Origin: an uncultured Gemmatimonadota bacterium
GTDB lineage: Bacteria > JAAXHH01
NCBI GenBank assembly: GCA_951812955.1
Contig: OX638340.1
Span: forward strand, 224,001-288,000
Direction: 5' to 3'
Length of the DNA: 64,000 nt
In this document: in pieces, positions 27,205 through 35,642 of the stretch
Layout of the letters: every line of letters begins with the position of its first letter
Numbering within the stretch: position 1 is the first letter of the stretch
Notes under the pieces: generated by a model
Told to the model about the DNA's origin: nothing
The model's database searches: none
Seen by the model: the letters and a program-made list of their open reading frames with translations, nothing else
Program-made: the position numbers and the translations under genes

Positions 27205-27966
27205 ATGCTTCGTTCAGCATCGATCGGACAGAGTCCCAAAGCCCAATTAACCAACATGTTACGTACGGTAGGCAGCGCGGTAATGGACCTGGTCTATCCC
27301 CCATGCTGCGTGTCCTGCCGGGTCCGGGTTTTCGATGGCTGCCGCGTAATCTGCAGGGTCTGCGAATCGGGACTGCTGCCGATTGATGCGCCATTCTGCG
27401 AACGATGCGGCAATCCGCTGGACACACCGGTAGTCCCCTGTCCGGCCTGCCCGGGCCGTACGTTCTATTTCGACGGCGCAATTTCCGGGTTCGAGTTCAA
27501 CCGGCCGCTACAGGATCTAATCCATCAGCTCAAGTACCGGAACCGGCCCGGCATCGGGTTGTTCCTGGGATCCTTACTGGCAAAAAGGGTTGAACAGGAA
27601 CCGGGGATGCCGCATATTACGGGCGTTATGCCCGTGCCCCTGCATCCCTTGAGAAACCGGGAAAGGGGGTATAACCAGAGCGCGTACATCGCGCGGGGTA
27701 TATCGGATGTAATGGGGATTCCGGTATTGGAAAACGTGCTTGCCCGGACCCGTAACACCCCGACGCAGACCTCGTTGAGTCCCGAAGAACGAATGGCCAA
27801 TGTCGAGGGCGTATTCGAAATCTGCGATGTCGAGGCCGTGCGTGACGCCACGATATCGCTTGTAGACGATATATTCACGACTGGGGCAACGATTAACAGT
27901 TGCGCCCGAGCTTTGCTTCAGGCCGGCGCCGAAAGGGTATTCGCCCTGACCGTTGCGCGCGCCTGA
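27205..27966 (+). CDS. comF: ComF-family protein (double zinc-ribbon plus phosphoribosyltransferase domain). Start uncertain: 27205, 27256 or 27283.
   Basis: Cys-rich N-terminus (CCVSCRVR...CRVC...CERCGNPL) and a C-terminal PRTase motif (ISLVDDIFTTGATINSCARAL). Confidence 0.75.
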   Translation: MLRSASIGQSPKAQLTNMLRTVGSAVMDLVYPPCCVSCRVRVFDGCRVICRVCESGLLPIDAPFCERCGNPLDTPVVPCPACPGRTFYFDGAISGFEFNRPLQDLIHQLKYRNRPGIGLFLGSLLAKRVEQEPGMPHITGVMPVPLHPLRNRERGYNQSAYIARGISDVMGIPVLENVLARTRNTPTQTSLSPEERMANVEGVFEICDVEAVRDATISLVDDIFTTGATINSCARALLQAGAERVFALTVARA

Positions 27967-27995
27967 AACCCCTCCGTTTCACATTCAGGCGGGAG

Positions 27996-29039
27996 ATGAA
28001 ATCACAAATGCAAATCGGCATATTGACGGGTGGCGGCGATTGTCCGGGATTGAACGCCGCGATCCGGGCGGTGACAAGGCGCTCGATCAAGACCTATGGA
28101 TCGACGGTCCTGGGTATACGTAATGGATGGGCTGGATTGATAAACAACAATACCAGTCCACTCGACCTGGTTTCCGTATCGGGTATCCTTCACAGGGGCG
28201 GCACCATCCTGGGCACTTCCAGGACCAACCCGTTGAAGAACGAAGGAGATATCGATCGAATCCAGGAGAACGTCGGGAAACTGGGCCTGGACGCGGTGGT
28301 CGCCATAGGCGGCGAGGATACACTTGGCGCCGCGGCTGCCTTGAACGAAGCCGGCATACCCATGGTGGGCCTGCCGAAGACGATCGACAATGACATCGTC
28401 GGAACGGACATGACATTCGGTTTCGACACGGCGGTGACGATTGCCACAGACGCCATAGACCGCCTGCATACTACCGCGGAGTCCCACCACCGTGTGATGG
28501 TCATCGAGGTGATGGGGAGGCATACCGGCTGGATAGCGATCAAGTCGGGTATCGCCGGTGGAGCAGACTGCATCCTGATCCCGGAGGTGCCCATGACTCT
28601 GGACGAGGTCTGCGCACTCGTCAAACAGCGCATTGACCGGGGCAAGACCTTCAGCCTCGTCGTGGTAGCCGAAGGCTTCACGATGAAGGATTCCCAGGGC
28701 CACGTGACCCAGGATGACCAGGTAGATGAATTTGGACACGTGCGCCTGGGCGGTATCGGTGAAGTGATCGGCGCCGAGATCGAACGGCGGGCGCGGATAG
28801 AAACCCGTGTGACCACACTGGGATACACTCAGCGCGGAGGATCTCCGACGCCCTACGACCGGGTCCTGGCGACGAGATACGGAGTCACCGCGGCCGACCT
28901 GGTTCACAGCGGCGATTTTGGCAAGATGGTGGCACTGAAGGGCTCGAAGATCGGAACGGTGCCGCTCGCCGAAGTGACCGGCAGGATACGCACCGTCGAC
29001 ATGGAACTGTATGACATTGCCCAGGTATTTTTCGGTTAG
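27996..29039 (+). CDS. pfp: 6-phosphofructokinase, probably pyrophosphate-dependent (PPi-PFK)
   Basis: Core PFK motifs GILTGGGDCPGLNAAIRAV and PKTIDNDI. At the positions equivalent to E. coli Gly104/Gly124 it has GGEDT (Asp) and GLPKTIDND (Lys), the residue pair associated with PPi-dependence. Start ATG 27996 is preceded by GGGAG. Confidence 0.8.
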   Translation: MKSQMQIGILTGGGDCPGLNAAIRAVTRRSIKTYGSTVLGIRNGWAGLINNNTSPLDLVSVSGILHRGGTILGTSRTNPLKNEGDIDRIQENVGKLGLDAVVAIGGEDTLGAAAALNEAGIPMVGLPKTIDNDIVGTDMTFGFDTAVTIATDAIDRLHTTAESHHRVMVIEVMGRHTGWIAIKSGIAGGADCILIPEVPMTLDEVCALVKQRIDRGKTFSLVVVAEGFTMKDSQGHVTQDDQVDEFGHVRLGGIGEVIGAEIERRARIETRVTTLGYTQRGGSPTPYDRVLATRYGVTAADLVHSGDFGKMVALKGSKIGTVPLAEVTGRIRTVDMELYDIAQVFFG

Positions 29040-29051
29040 TAAAACAACGGA

Positions 29052-29843
29052 GTGGATTTGAGTACGGCGTCGCGCCGGTTGATTATCGCCGGCAATTGGA
29101 AAATGCATACCGACGTGGTCGACGGCGCTTCGCTGGTCGCCGAGGTGGTCGAGTGCACGGCATCGCTTGCACTGGCCGCGGACCTTGTGCTGTGCCCTCC
29201 TTTTACCCATCTTGCCGTGGCCGCCACGCAGTTGTCACGCAGTTCGATTTCACTGGGCGCCCAGAACATGCACCAGGCGCCGGAAGGCGCGTACACGGGG
29301 GAAGTGTCGGCCAGAATGCTGTTGACTTCGGGGTGCAGGTACGTTATATTGGGGCACTCTGAAAGGCGGACGTATTTCGACGAAACGAATCACTCCGTCA
29401 ACGAAAAAGTGAAATCGGCCATTGCGGCGGGTCTAACCCCGATCCTCTGCGTCGGCGAGACGCTTCAGGACCGCGAAGCCGGCCGTACCGAACAGGTTGT
29501 CGACGAGCAGGTACGACAGGGTCTGTCGGATACGAAGCCGGAAAGTGCCGAAGATCTCGTCCTGGCTTACGAGCCGGTCTGGGCGATCGGGACCGGAAGG
29601 GTAGCCACGCCCGATCAGGCGGACCGGGTGCATGGTCACCTGAGGACGGTGATCGCGGATATGTATGACGACGATTTCGCCAGTCGGATCCGAATTCAGT
29701 ACGGGGGAAGTGTCAAACCTGAAAACGCGGGCGCGTTGATGTCCCGTCCGCACATTGATGGAGCACTTGTGGGTGGAGCCAGCCTGGACGCCTCGTCTTT
29801 CGAGGCCATTGTCCGGGCCGGACTGGGATTTGACGGCGGCTAA
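29052..29843 (+). CDS. tpiA: triosephosphate isomerase
   Basis: Motifs AGNWKMH, ILGHSERR and a catalytic-Glu region (AYEPVWAIGTG). Confidence 0.9.
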   Translation: MDLSTASRRLIIAGNWKMHTDVVDGASLVAEVVECTASLALAADLVLCPPFTHLAVAATQLSRSSISLGAQNMHQAPEGAYTGEVSARMLLTSGCRYVILGHSERRTYFDETNHSVNEKVKSAIAAGLTPILCVGETLQDREAGRTEQVVDEQVRQGLSDTKPESAEDLVLAYEPVWAIGTGRVATPDQADRVHGHLRTVIADMYDDDFASRIRIQYGGSVKPENAGALMSRPHIDGALVGGASLDASSFEAIVRAGLGFDGG

Positions 29844-29890
29844 CGAATCCTGATCCGCTGCCGCCTTTCGCCAATCGAAGGATACATACC

Positions 29891-30262
29891 GTGTTTACCA
29901 CCGCAGTTGCAATACACGTCGTGGTCTGTCTCGTTTTGATCCTGTCTGTCCTGTTGCAGTCGGGCAAGGGCGGTGGCTTGTCCAGCGCTTTCGGAGCGGG
30001 TGGCCCAACCGGCGGCATGGCCGGCCAGATGTTCGGCGGCCGGGGCGCCGCGACTTTCCTGGGTAAGGTGACGACCATATTGGCGACGCTTTACATGCTG
30101 ATCGTCATCGGTCTGAACCTGTTGCCCGACGATGCGCAACGCACACGCAGCATTATCCAGGAAGAAGCCCTGAGAAACCAGCAGGCGTCTCCCGCCCAGG
30201 GATTGCCCGACGCGGAATCGGGACTGCCCGCCGCTCCAGCGGACCAAGGGACCACGCCCTGA
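29891..30262 (+). CDS. secG: preprotein translocase subunit SecG
   Basis: N-terminal TM followed by the Gly-rich LLQSGKGGGLSSAFGAGG motif. The position tpiA-secG-tRNALeu matches E. coli secG-leuU. Confidence 0.85.
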   Translation: MFTTAVAIHVVVCLVLILSVLLQSGKGGGLSSAFGAGGPTGGMAGQMFGGRGAATFLGKVTTILATLYMLIVIGLNLLPDDAQRTRSIIQEEALRNQQASPAQGLPDAESGLPAAPADQGTTP

Positions 30263-30310
30263 CCCGTCGACCATCTCGCGGCGGTCCTTCCGCCGGGAAA
30301 TCGACGTGAC

Positions 30311-30394
30311 GCCGAAGTGGTGGAATTGGTAGACACGCTGTCTTGAGGGGGCAGTGGGAGAAATCCCGTCGCGGTTCGAATCCGCGCTTCGGCA
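30311..30394 (+). tRNA. leuU: tRNA-Leu(GAG), class II with long variable arm; CCA not encoded
   Basis: Manual fold: acceptor gccgaag/cttcggc, 3-bp D-stem, anticodon stem ctgtc/gggcag with loop ttGAGgg, long variable arm tgggagaaatccc, T-arm gcggttcgaatccgc. The 5' half is nearly identical to E. coli leuU. Confidence 0.85.
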
Positions 30395-30455
30395 TCCTTA
30401 CCTTTACCTTTACACGCGTCTAACTTACCAGTCCACGTCATCCGGAAGGCGTCCT

Positions 30456-32114
30456 ATGCGTCCGGTGCGTCCATTGGTTCGCATGATCGCAGGCCTTGCG
30501 ACCCTCGCGATCGTCTCCACGTCCCCCGGCCAAAGCCAGCGGACGAATTCGGTAGGCAAGATCATGCCTCCGGATGCCGCTCCCCTGTCCCGTCAAATCA
30601 TCCGCGTGATGAACATGGAGCCGCGCGGCCTCGATTCCGGCATCCATCCCTACGACGACGAAGGGCTGGTCCTGAGACCCTTCGAAATGCTGATGTGGCG
30701 GGACGAATTCATGCGTCCGATACCGGGCGCGGCCGAACGTTACGAGCGTTCCGAAGATGGACTGACGTGGACGTTCCACCTGCGGCCCGGCGCCCGGTGG
30801 AGCGACGGCCGCCCGGTCACCGCGCACGACTTCGTCTATACGTTCAGGCGCAACATCGATCCTGCGTCGGGAAACATCTACGCGAACTTCTATTACGATT
30901 TCAAGAATGCGCGGGCGATAAACCAGGGTTGGATCGAGGACATCGAACAGCTGGGCGTACGTGCGCTGGACGACCTGACTCTGGTGATCGAGACCGAACA
31001 GCCGACGCCCTACCTACTATACATCATCTCATTTCCGGACACCTTTCCTGCGCCGCGCTGGGCCGTGGAAAAGTATGGGCGCAAATGGACAGAACAGGGC
31101 AACATCGTCACCAACAGCGGCTTCAAGATGGCCGAGTGGGCGCCCGGCAGCCACATCAAATACGTGCCGGATCCCATGTATAACGGTCCCCACAAGCCCT
31201 TTCTGGAACAGGTCGTCCAGTTGTTCCGCGAGGCCGCGGTGGCCAACATACTGCCCTATGAGAATGACGAGGTGGACATGGAAGCCGTCGATCTCGCGGA
31301 GCTCCACCGCATAGAAAACGACCCCCGCCTGGGGAAGGAGATCGTCCGTTCGCCGAGTTACCAGACCTGGTACTTTATCTTCCGAACCCGGGAACCGCCC
31401 TTTGATGACGTCCGGGTCCGGGAAGCTTTCACCCGGGCCATCGACCGCGAGTCGATCTGCCGCGTTATTCTCCAGGGTGCTGGCATCCCGGCTTACTCGA
31501 TGATTCCGCCTGGTTTCGACGCCTACGCGGGGCCGGAATACAAGCTGTATCAGGGTTATGATCCGGGACGGGCCCGGCAGCTCATGGCAGAGGCCGGCTA
31601 CCCGAGGGGGCGGGGGTTCCCAACCGTAGAAACCTGGCTCAGGGCGCCCAATCCCATCACCCGCCGTATCGCCGAGGCGATTCAGGGGATGTTGCGAACA
31701 GATCTCGGGGTGAATATCACTTTCCGCAGCAGCGATATGGGTTCCTACATGAGCGCACTCTTCGACTGGCAGATACCCCTCGGTTTCATTGCCTGGGGAG
31801 CGGATTATCTCGACCCGAGGAACATGCTGGACATGACCTGGCATTCGCGGCCGCGCGGGGCGCAGCGGCAGGATTGGACCCATCCGGCCTTCGACGATCT
31901 CGTGGACCGGGCGATCGCGGAGCCCGATCCCGCCCGGCGCACGGAGATGTACCGGCAGGCCGAACGGATCCTCGTATCCGACTACGGCGGCGCCTTCATC
32001 TACCATCCGATCGGTTACGGACTCCGAAAACCCTGGGTGAAGGGATATGCCACGCGTCCCGACGGCACGGTAGGCAGCATGGTGTGGGACAAGGTTTATA
32101 TCGGTGAACACTGA
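30456..32114 (+). CDS. ABC-transporter family-5 (OppA/DppA-type) substrate-binding protein, orphan copy 1
   Basis: Signal peptide (MRPVRPLVRMIAGLATLAIVSTSPG); SBP_bac_5-like sequence; start ATG 30456 is preceded by GGAAGG. The longer ORF call from 30354 overlaps the tRNA and is rejected. Confidence 0.75.
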   Translation: MRPVRPLVRMIAGLATLAIVSTSPGQSQRTNSVGKIMPPDAAPLSRQIIRVMNMEPRGLDSGIHPYDDEGLVLRPFEMLMWRDEFMRPIPGAAERYERSEDGLTWTFHLRPGARWSDGRPVTAHDFVYTFRRNIDPASGNIYANFYYDFKNARAINQGWIEDIEQLGVRALDDLTLVIETEQPTPYLLYIISFPDTFPAPRWAVEKYGRKWTEQGNIVTNSGFKMAEWAPGSHIKYVPDPMYNGPHKPFLEQVVQLFREAAVANILPYENDEVDMEAVDLAELHRIENDPRLGKEIVRSPSYQTWYFIFRTREPPFDDVRVREAFTRAIDRESICRVILQGAGIPAYSMIPPGFDAYAGPEYKLYQGYDPGRARQLMAEAGYPRGRGFPTVETWLRAPNPITRRIAEAIQGMLRTDLGVNITFRSSDMGSYMSALFDWQIPLGFIAWGADYLDPRNMLDMTWHSRPRGAQRQDWTHPAFDDLVDRAIAEPDPARRTEMYRQAERILVSDYGGAFIYHPIGYGLRKPWVKGYATRPDGTVGSMVWDKVYIGEH

Positions 32115-32133
32115 CCGAAGAGAGGGCGGGGAC

Positions 32134-33432
32134 ATGGCCAGCGATCTCACTTCCGCGCCGGCGAATCAGCGTATCAACATGAGTTGCGGGCAGACGCCCC
32201 TCTCACCTGCCTGCCTCGCGGCCATCGGGGAGCAGCTCGTGGAACCGGTCTATTATGCTCATTACCCCGAGGTCGAAAAAGAAACCTGTCTCCTGCTCAA
32301 GCGGTTGATGCATACCAAAAACGGTCCCATGCTCATGCCGGGATCCGCCGTTTACGGCCTCGAAGCGGCCATGCTAAGCACCGTCGAGTCCGGTGACCAT
32401 GTGCTGACAGTCCAGACCGGCGTCTTCGGCCGGCTGCTGACGGAATTGGCCCGGTTCGCGGGCGGTAATACGACTGAGATCGCCCTCGAGGAAGGACAGG
32501 CTGTCGACCCGGAAACGATCCGTGGATATCTGCTCGACGACCCGGAAATCAGGCAGGTTGCACTGGTTCACTGCGAGACCACGACGGGCACCCTGAATCC
32601 CATCGAGGCAATCGGGCGAATGCTGAAGATGGAGTTTCCCCACGTGATCTACATGGTAGACTGCGTGTCGTCCTTCGGAGGGATCGAAGTGCGTGTCGAC
32701 GACTGGGGCATCGATCTGATGGTCACCACGACGCAGAAGTGCCTGAACGCGCCGCAGGGCCTGGCGTTAGTCGTAGCCAGTGAAAAGGCCTGGGACAAGA
32801 TCGAAAACCTACGTAGCGCGCCGCGCGCCATGTGCCTCGATCTCCACTCCTGGCGCCGCTACGGCATGGACGGAGGCGCCGCGCTGGGGTACGACACGTT
32901 CGACAGGGCGGGCGTTCCGCGTGCGCAAAGACCACATCCACGGGACTGGCCCGTTCACGGCCCCCATCCGTCCTACACCCTGGTCGTGGGACTGCACGCG
33001 TCGCTGAAGGCCATCATGGACGAGGGGCCGAAACGCGTCTACCGCCGCCAGTACGTCGCGTCCAGGGCGGTGCACGCGGCGTTGAGCGCCATGGGTCTCA
33101 GCATCGTAGCCGCGACAGAGAAGTCGGCCGCGCCTGTGGCGACGCGTATCGCGCAGCCCGCATCGCCGGACCAGCTCGACATGACCGAATTGCACCGGAT
33201 CCTCTTCGAAGATCACGGCATCGCGATCAGCAGCCTTGCCCGTATAGGGACCATGGGCTTTATGGCCGAACCCGGGCCGGTGCTTCGCACCATGTCTGCG
33301 TTGGAGCATACCCTGAACACATTGGGATGGGATGTGGAAGTAGGCACGGGCGTAACGGCGGCCAGGGAGGTATTCGAGCGCTCGGAGGTTTTTTACGGCC
33401 GGGCAGTCGGAAGCCAGGACGTATCCCCATGA
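32134..33432 (+). CDS. class-V (AGXT/serine-pyruvate type) PLP-dependent aminotransferase. Start is 32134 or 32179.
   Basis: PLP-lysine context TTQKCLNAPQG, a small-domain motif DxH...YLDL-like (MCLDLHSW), and overall AGXT-family N-terminus (TPLSP..L.A...........E). Confidence 0.6.
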   Translation: MASDLTSAPANQRINMSCGQTPLSPACLAAIGEQLVEPVYYAHYPEVEKETCLLLKRLMHTKNGPMLMPGSAVYGLEAAMLSTVESGDHVLTVQTGVFGRLLTELARFAGGNTTEIALEEGQAVDPETIRGYLLDDPEIRQVALVHCETTTGTLNPIEAIGRMLKMEFPHVIYMVDCVSSFGGIEVRVDDWGIDLMVTTTQKCLNAPQGLALVVASEKAWDKIENLRSAPRAMCLDLHSWRRYGMDGGAALGYDTFDRAGVPRAQRPHPRDWPVHGPHPSYTLVVGLHASLKAIMDEGPKRVYRRQYVASRAVHAALSAMGLSIVAATEKSAAPVATRIAQPASPDQLDMTELHRILFEDHGIAISSLARIGTMGFMAEPGPVLRTMSALEHTLNTLGWDVEVGTGVTAAREVFERSEVFYGRAVGSQDVSP

Positions 33433-33437
33433 CCGCG

Positions 33438-33460
33438 CTCCGACAGGCCTGCTGTCGGAG
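33438..33460. terminator. perfect 9-bp stem / 5-nt loop hairpin (ctccgacag-gcctg-ctgtcggag) between convergent genes
   Basis: Read from the sequence. It lies between the aminotransferase stop (33432) and the minus-strand SBP stop (33481). No U-tract, so it may act as a bidirectional or Rho-assisted terminator. Confidence 0.4.
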
Positions 33461-33480
33461 TCCTGGCTCCATCCCCGTCG

Positions 33481-35250
33481 CTACTGATCGTCCTCAGGAC
33501 CGCTGGATCCGAACAGCCACTGCCACATATTCATGCTTCGGTCCTCAGCTGCACCGTCCTTCACGACGTCCTCGGTGACGTACAGCGTTGTAGACAGGTT
33601 CAGATGCTTGTCGACGCGTAACGCGAAACCGCCCAGGTCGTTACGCTCCAGCGCCTCGGTCCGCAGGTAGGGCTTCCACAGTTCGTTATGCTGACTGTGC
33701 CACAGGAACACGCCGGCCACGTCTTCGACCAATACGCGTTCTGCCTCGCGGTACAGCGCCATGCGACGGGACGGATCTCCAATCAGGTGATTGGCGATCT
33801 CCATGATGGATTCGAAACGTTCGTTGTACCAGGCATGGCGGCCCGTCGAAAGCCAGATACCAAGTAGATTGCTGGGATCCAGGTAGTCGTATCCATAGGG
33901 GATCATGGCGAAGGCGATGTTGCCTTCGTACATGGATTCCATGAAGAGTTTGGCCTCGGTGTTCTGCACGCCGATGTCGATGTTCAGATTCTGCTTGAGC
34001 ATAGCCTGTACCGCCTGGGGAGCCTGCCCCCCTTGCAGGTTGGTCCCCCTGATCCACATAATGGTCGGCGGAAACCCCTTGCCGTTCGGATAGCCGGCTT
34101 CCGCAAGCCGTTGACGTGCCAGGACAGGGTCGTATCGCTGTATGGGGGCGAGTTTCCCGGGATTCGCCGCGGGGAAACCTTCGGGCAACATCGACGTTGC
34201 GGGTACGGCAACCCCCCGAAGAGCGGAGTCGACCATCGCGTCGTTGTCTATGGCATGGCTGAAGGCCTGCCGCACCCGCAGGTCGTTGAATGGCGGCTTG
34301 AAGGTGTCCATCATCAGGTAGGTGGTACCGAAGGCCATGTAGGTGTCTAACTGGTCCCTTAGCCGGGGATCCGCCCTGACGCGGTTGATTTCCGCCTGGT
34401 TGGACAGCACGACGTGGTCCACGTCCCCGGTTTCGTAGGAGGAAAGCATGGGTGGCTGGGCCGCCACGTTGAACAGCCTGTTGACCACCCGCTCAAGATA
34501 GGGTTTGTGGGGCCCCCGGTAGTGGGGATTCGGCTCCAGCACGATGCGGTCAAGCTTCGACCATTCCACCAGCCTGAAGGGTCCGCTTCCCATCAGTGTT
34601 TCCGGCTTTGTAGACCAGCCCGCACCATATTTATCGAAAAGATGAGTGGGCGTCACCCAGCTGAAGGCCAGGATCAGGGGCAGGTAGGGAGTGGGATCTT
34701 CGGTTGTTATTGCCAGGGTGTGATCGTCCAGCGCTTTGACACCCAGGGAGTCGAGAGGCTGCTTGCCGGCAACGACCGCGCCCCAGTTCGTGATCGAACG
34801 GTAGTACCATTCGAGATCAAACCCCGTATTGGGGTCCGCCCACCGCTTGAAGGTGTCTTCGAAGTCATGCGCCGTAAGGGGATGACCGTCGGCGAAGATC
34901 AGGTTGGACTGGAGGTAAAAGGTCCAGGCGAGCCCGTCGTCCGATACAACCCACCGCGTCGCCGCGGCCGGCAGCAGGTTGTAGTTCCGATCCATGCGCA
35001 CAAGCGGTTCGTTGACCAGCGCATAGTCGTGTCCGACCACCTGGTAGTGGGAGGTGGCCATGTCAAGGTAGCGGTTCTCGGCCTTGAAACTGGTGAAGAC
35101 CTGGTACTCGGGCGGGGCCGCGTCGGGAGGAAGTGGTATGCCGATGGAGTTGATGTAGGGAGCGGGCGGGTCCGCGTCCTGCCAGGCCAATGCGGCCGTG
35201 CAGGCAATGCACGTCGCGGAGAGGAGCGCGACTATGAACCGGACTCTCAC
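33481..35250 (-). CDS. ABC-transporter family-5 substrate-binding protein, orphan copy 2
   Basis: Signal or lipoprotein-like N-terminus (MRVRFIVALLSATCIAC). Paralogous to copies 1 and 3; for example PLTAHDFEDTFKRW in this copy compares with PVTAHDFVYTFRRN in copy 1. Confidence 0.75.
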   Translation of the reverse strand: MRVRFIVALLSATCIACTAALAWQDADPPAPYINSIGIPLPPDAAPPEYQVFTSFKAENRYLDMATSHYQVVGHDYALVNEPLVRMDRNYNLLPAAATRWVVSDDGLAWTFYLQSNLIFADGHPLTAHDFEDTFKRWADPNTGFDLEWYYRSITNWGAVVAGKQPLDSLGVKALDDHTLAITTEDPTPYLPLILAFSWVTPTHLFDKYGAGWSTKPETLMGSGPFRLVEWSKLDRIVLEPNPHYRGPHKPYLERVVNRLFNVAAQPPMLSSYETGDVDHVVLSNQAEINRVRADPRLRDQLDTYMAFGTTYLMMDTFKPPFNDLRVRQAFSHAIDNDAMVDSALRGVAVPATSMLPEGFPAANPGKLAPIQRYDPVLARQRLAEAGYPNGKGFPPTIMWIRGTNLQGGQAPQAVQAMLKQNLNIDIGVQNTEAKLFMESMYEGNIAFAMIPYGYDYLDPSNLLGIWLSTGRHAWYNERFESIMEIANHLIGDPSRRMALYREAERVLVEDVAGVFLWHSQHNELWKPYLRTEALERNDLGGFALRVDKHLNLSTTLYVTEDVVKDGAAEDRSMNMWQWLFGSSGPEDDQ

Positions 35251-35285
35251 GGCAAATCCCCTTCTTCCCCGTCGGGTGATTCCGG

Positions 35286-35642
35286 TTACTCCAGGTACAG
35301 GATCACCTTGCCCGCTTCAATCTCCACCCGGTAGGTCTTGACCCGCATGCGGGGATCGTAGAGCGCCTGGCCGGTGGCGAGGTCGAACTCCCACTGGTGC
35401 CACGCGCACTTCAGGACCTGCTTCTCGTGGTGATCGACCGAGTATACTTCATCGGCCGTGACATAGGGTCTCAGTCGGCCGAGGCAGAGCGGTCCGCCCT
35501 TGTGTGGACAACGGTTCCTCAGGGCGTAGTACCGGCCGTCGACGTTGAACACGCCGATCCCGCCGCGCCCGCCCGCGGGGACGATCCGCCGCTCTCCGGG
35601 GGGCAGGTCATCCACGGCGGCGACCTCGTATCGCTCGCTCAT
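35286..35642 (-). CDS. Rieske [2Fe-2S] ferredoxin-like protein
   Basis: 118 aa with the Rieske ligands CPHKGGPL...CAWHQWEF (CxH...CxxH). Its start overlaps the upstream amidohydrolase stop (ATGA). Confidence 0.8.
   Translation of the reverse strand: MSERYEVAAVDDLPPGERRIVPAGGRGGIGVFNVDGRYYALRNRCPHKGGPLCLGRLRPYVTADEVYSVDHHEKQVLKCAWHQWEFDLATGQALYDPRMRVKTYRVEIEAGKVILYLE

Noticed and set aside
27964-27981. Hairpin tgaaac-ccctcc-gtttca at the comF stop as an intrinsic terminator; similarly ccgttc-N7-gaacgg at 43556-43574 between abgT and the APC permease
   Set aside because: AT-rich or short stems without a downstream U-tract on either strand; too weak to call. They are noted only as possible convergent-transcription buffers.
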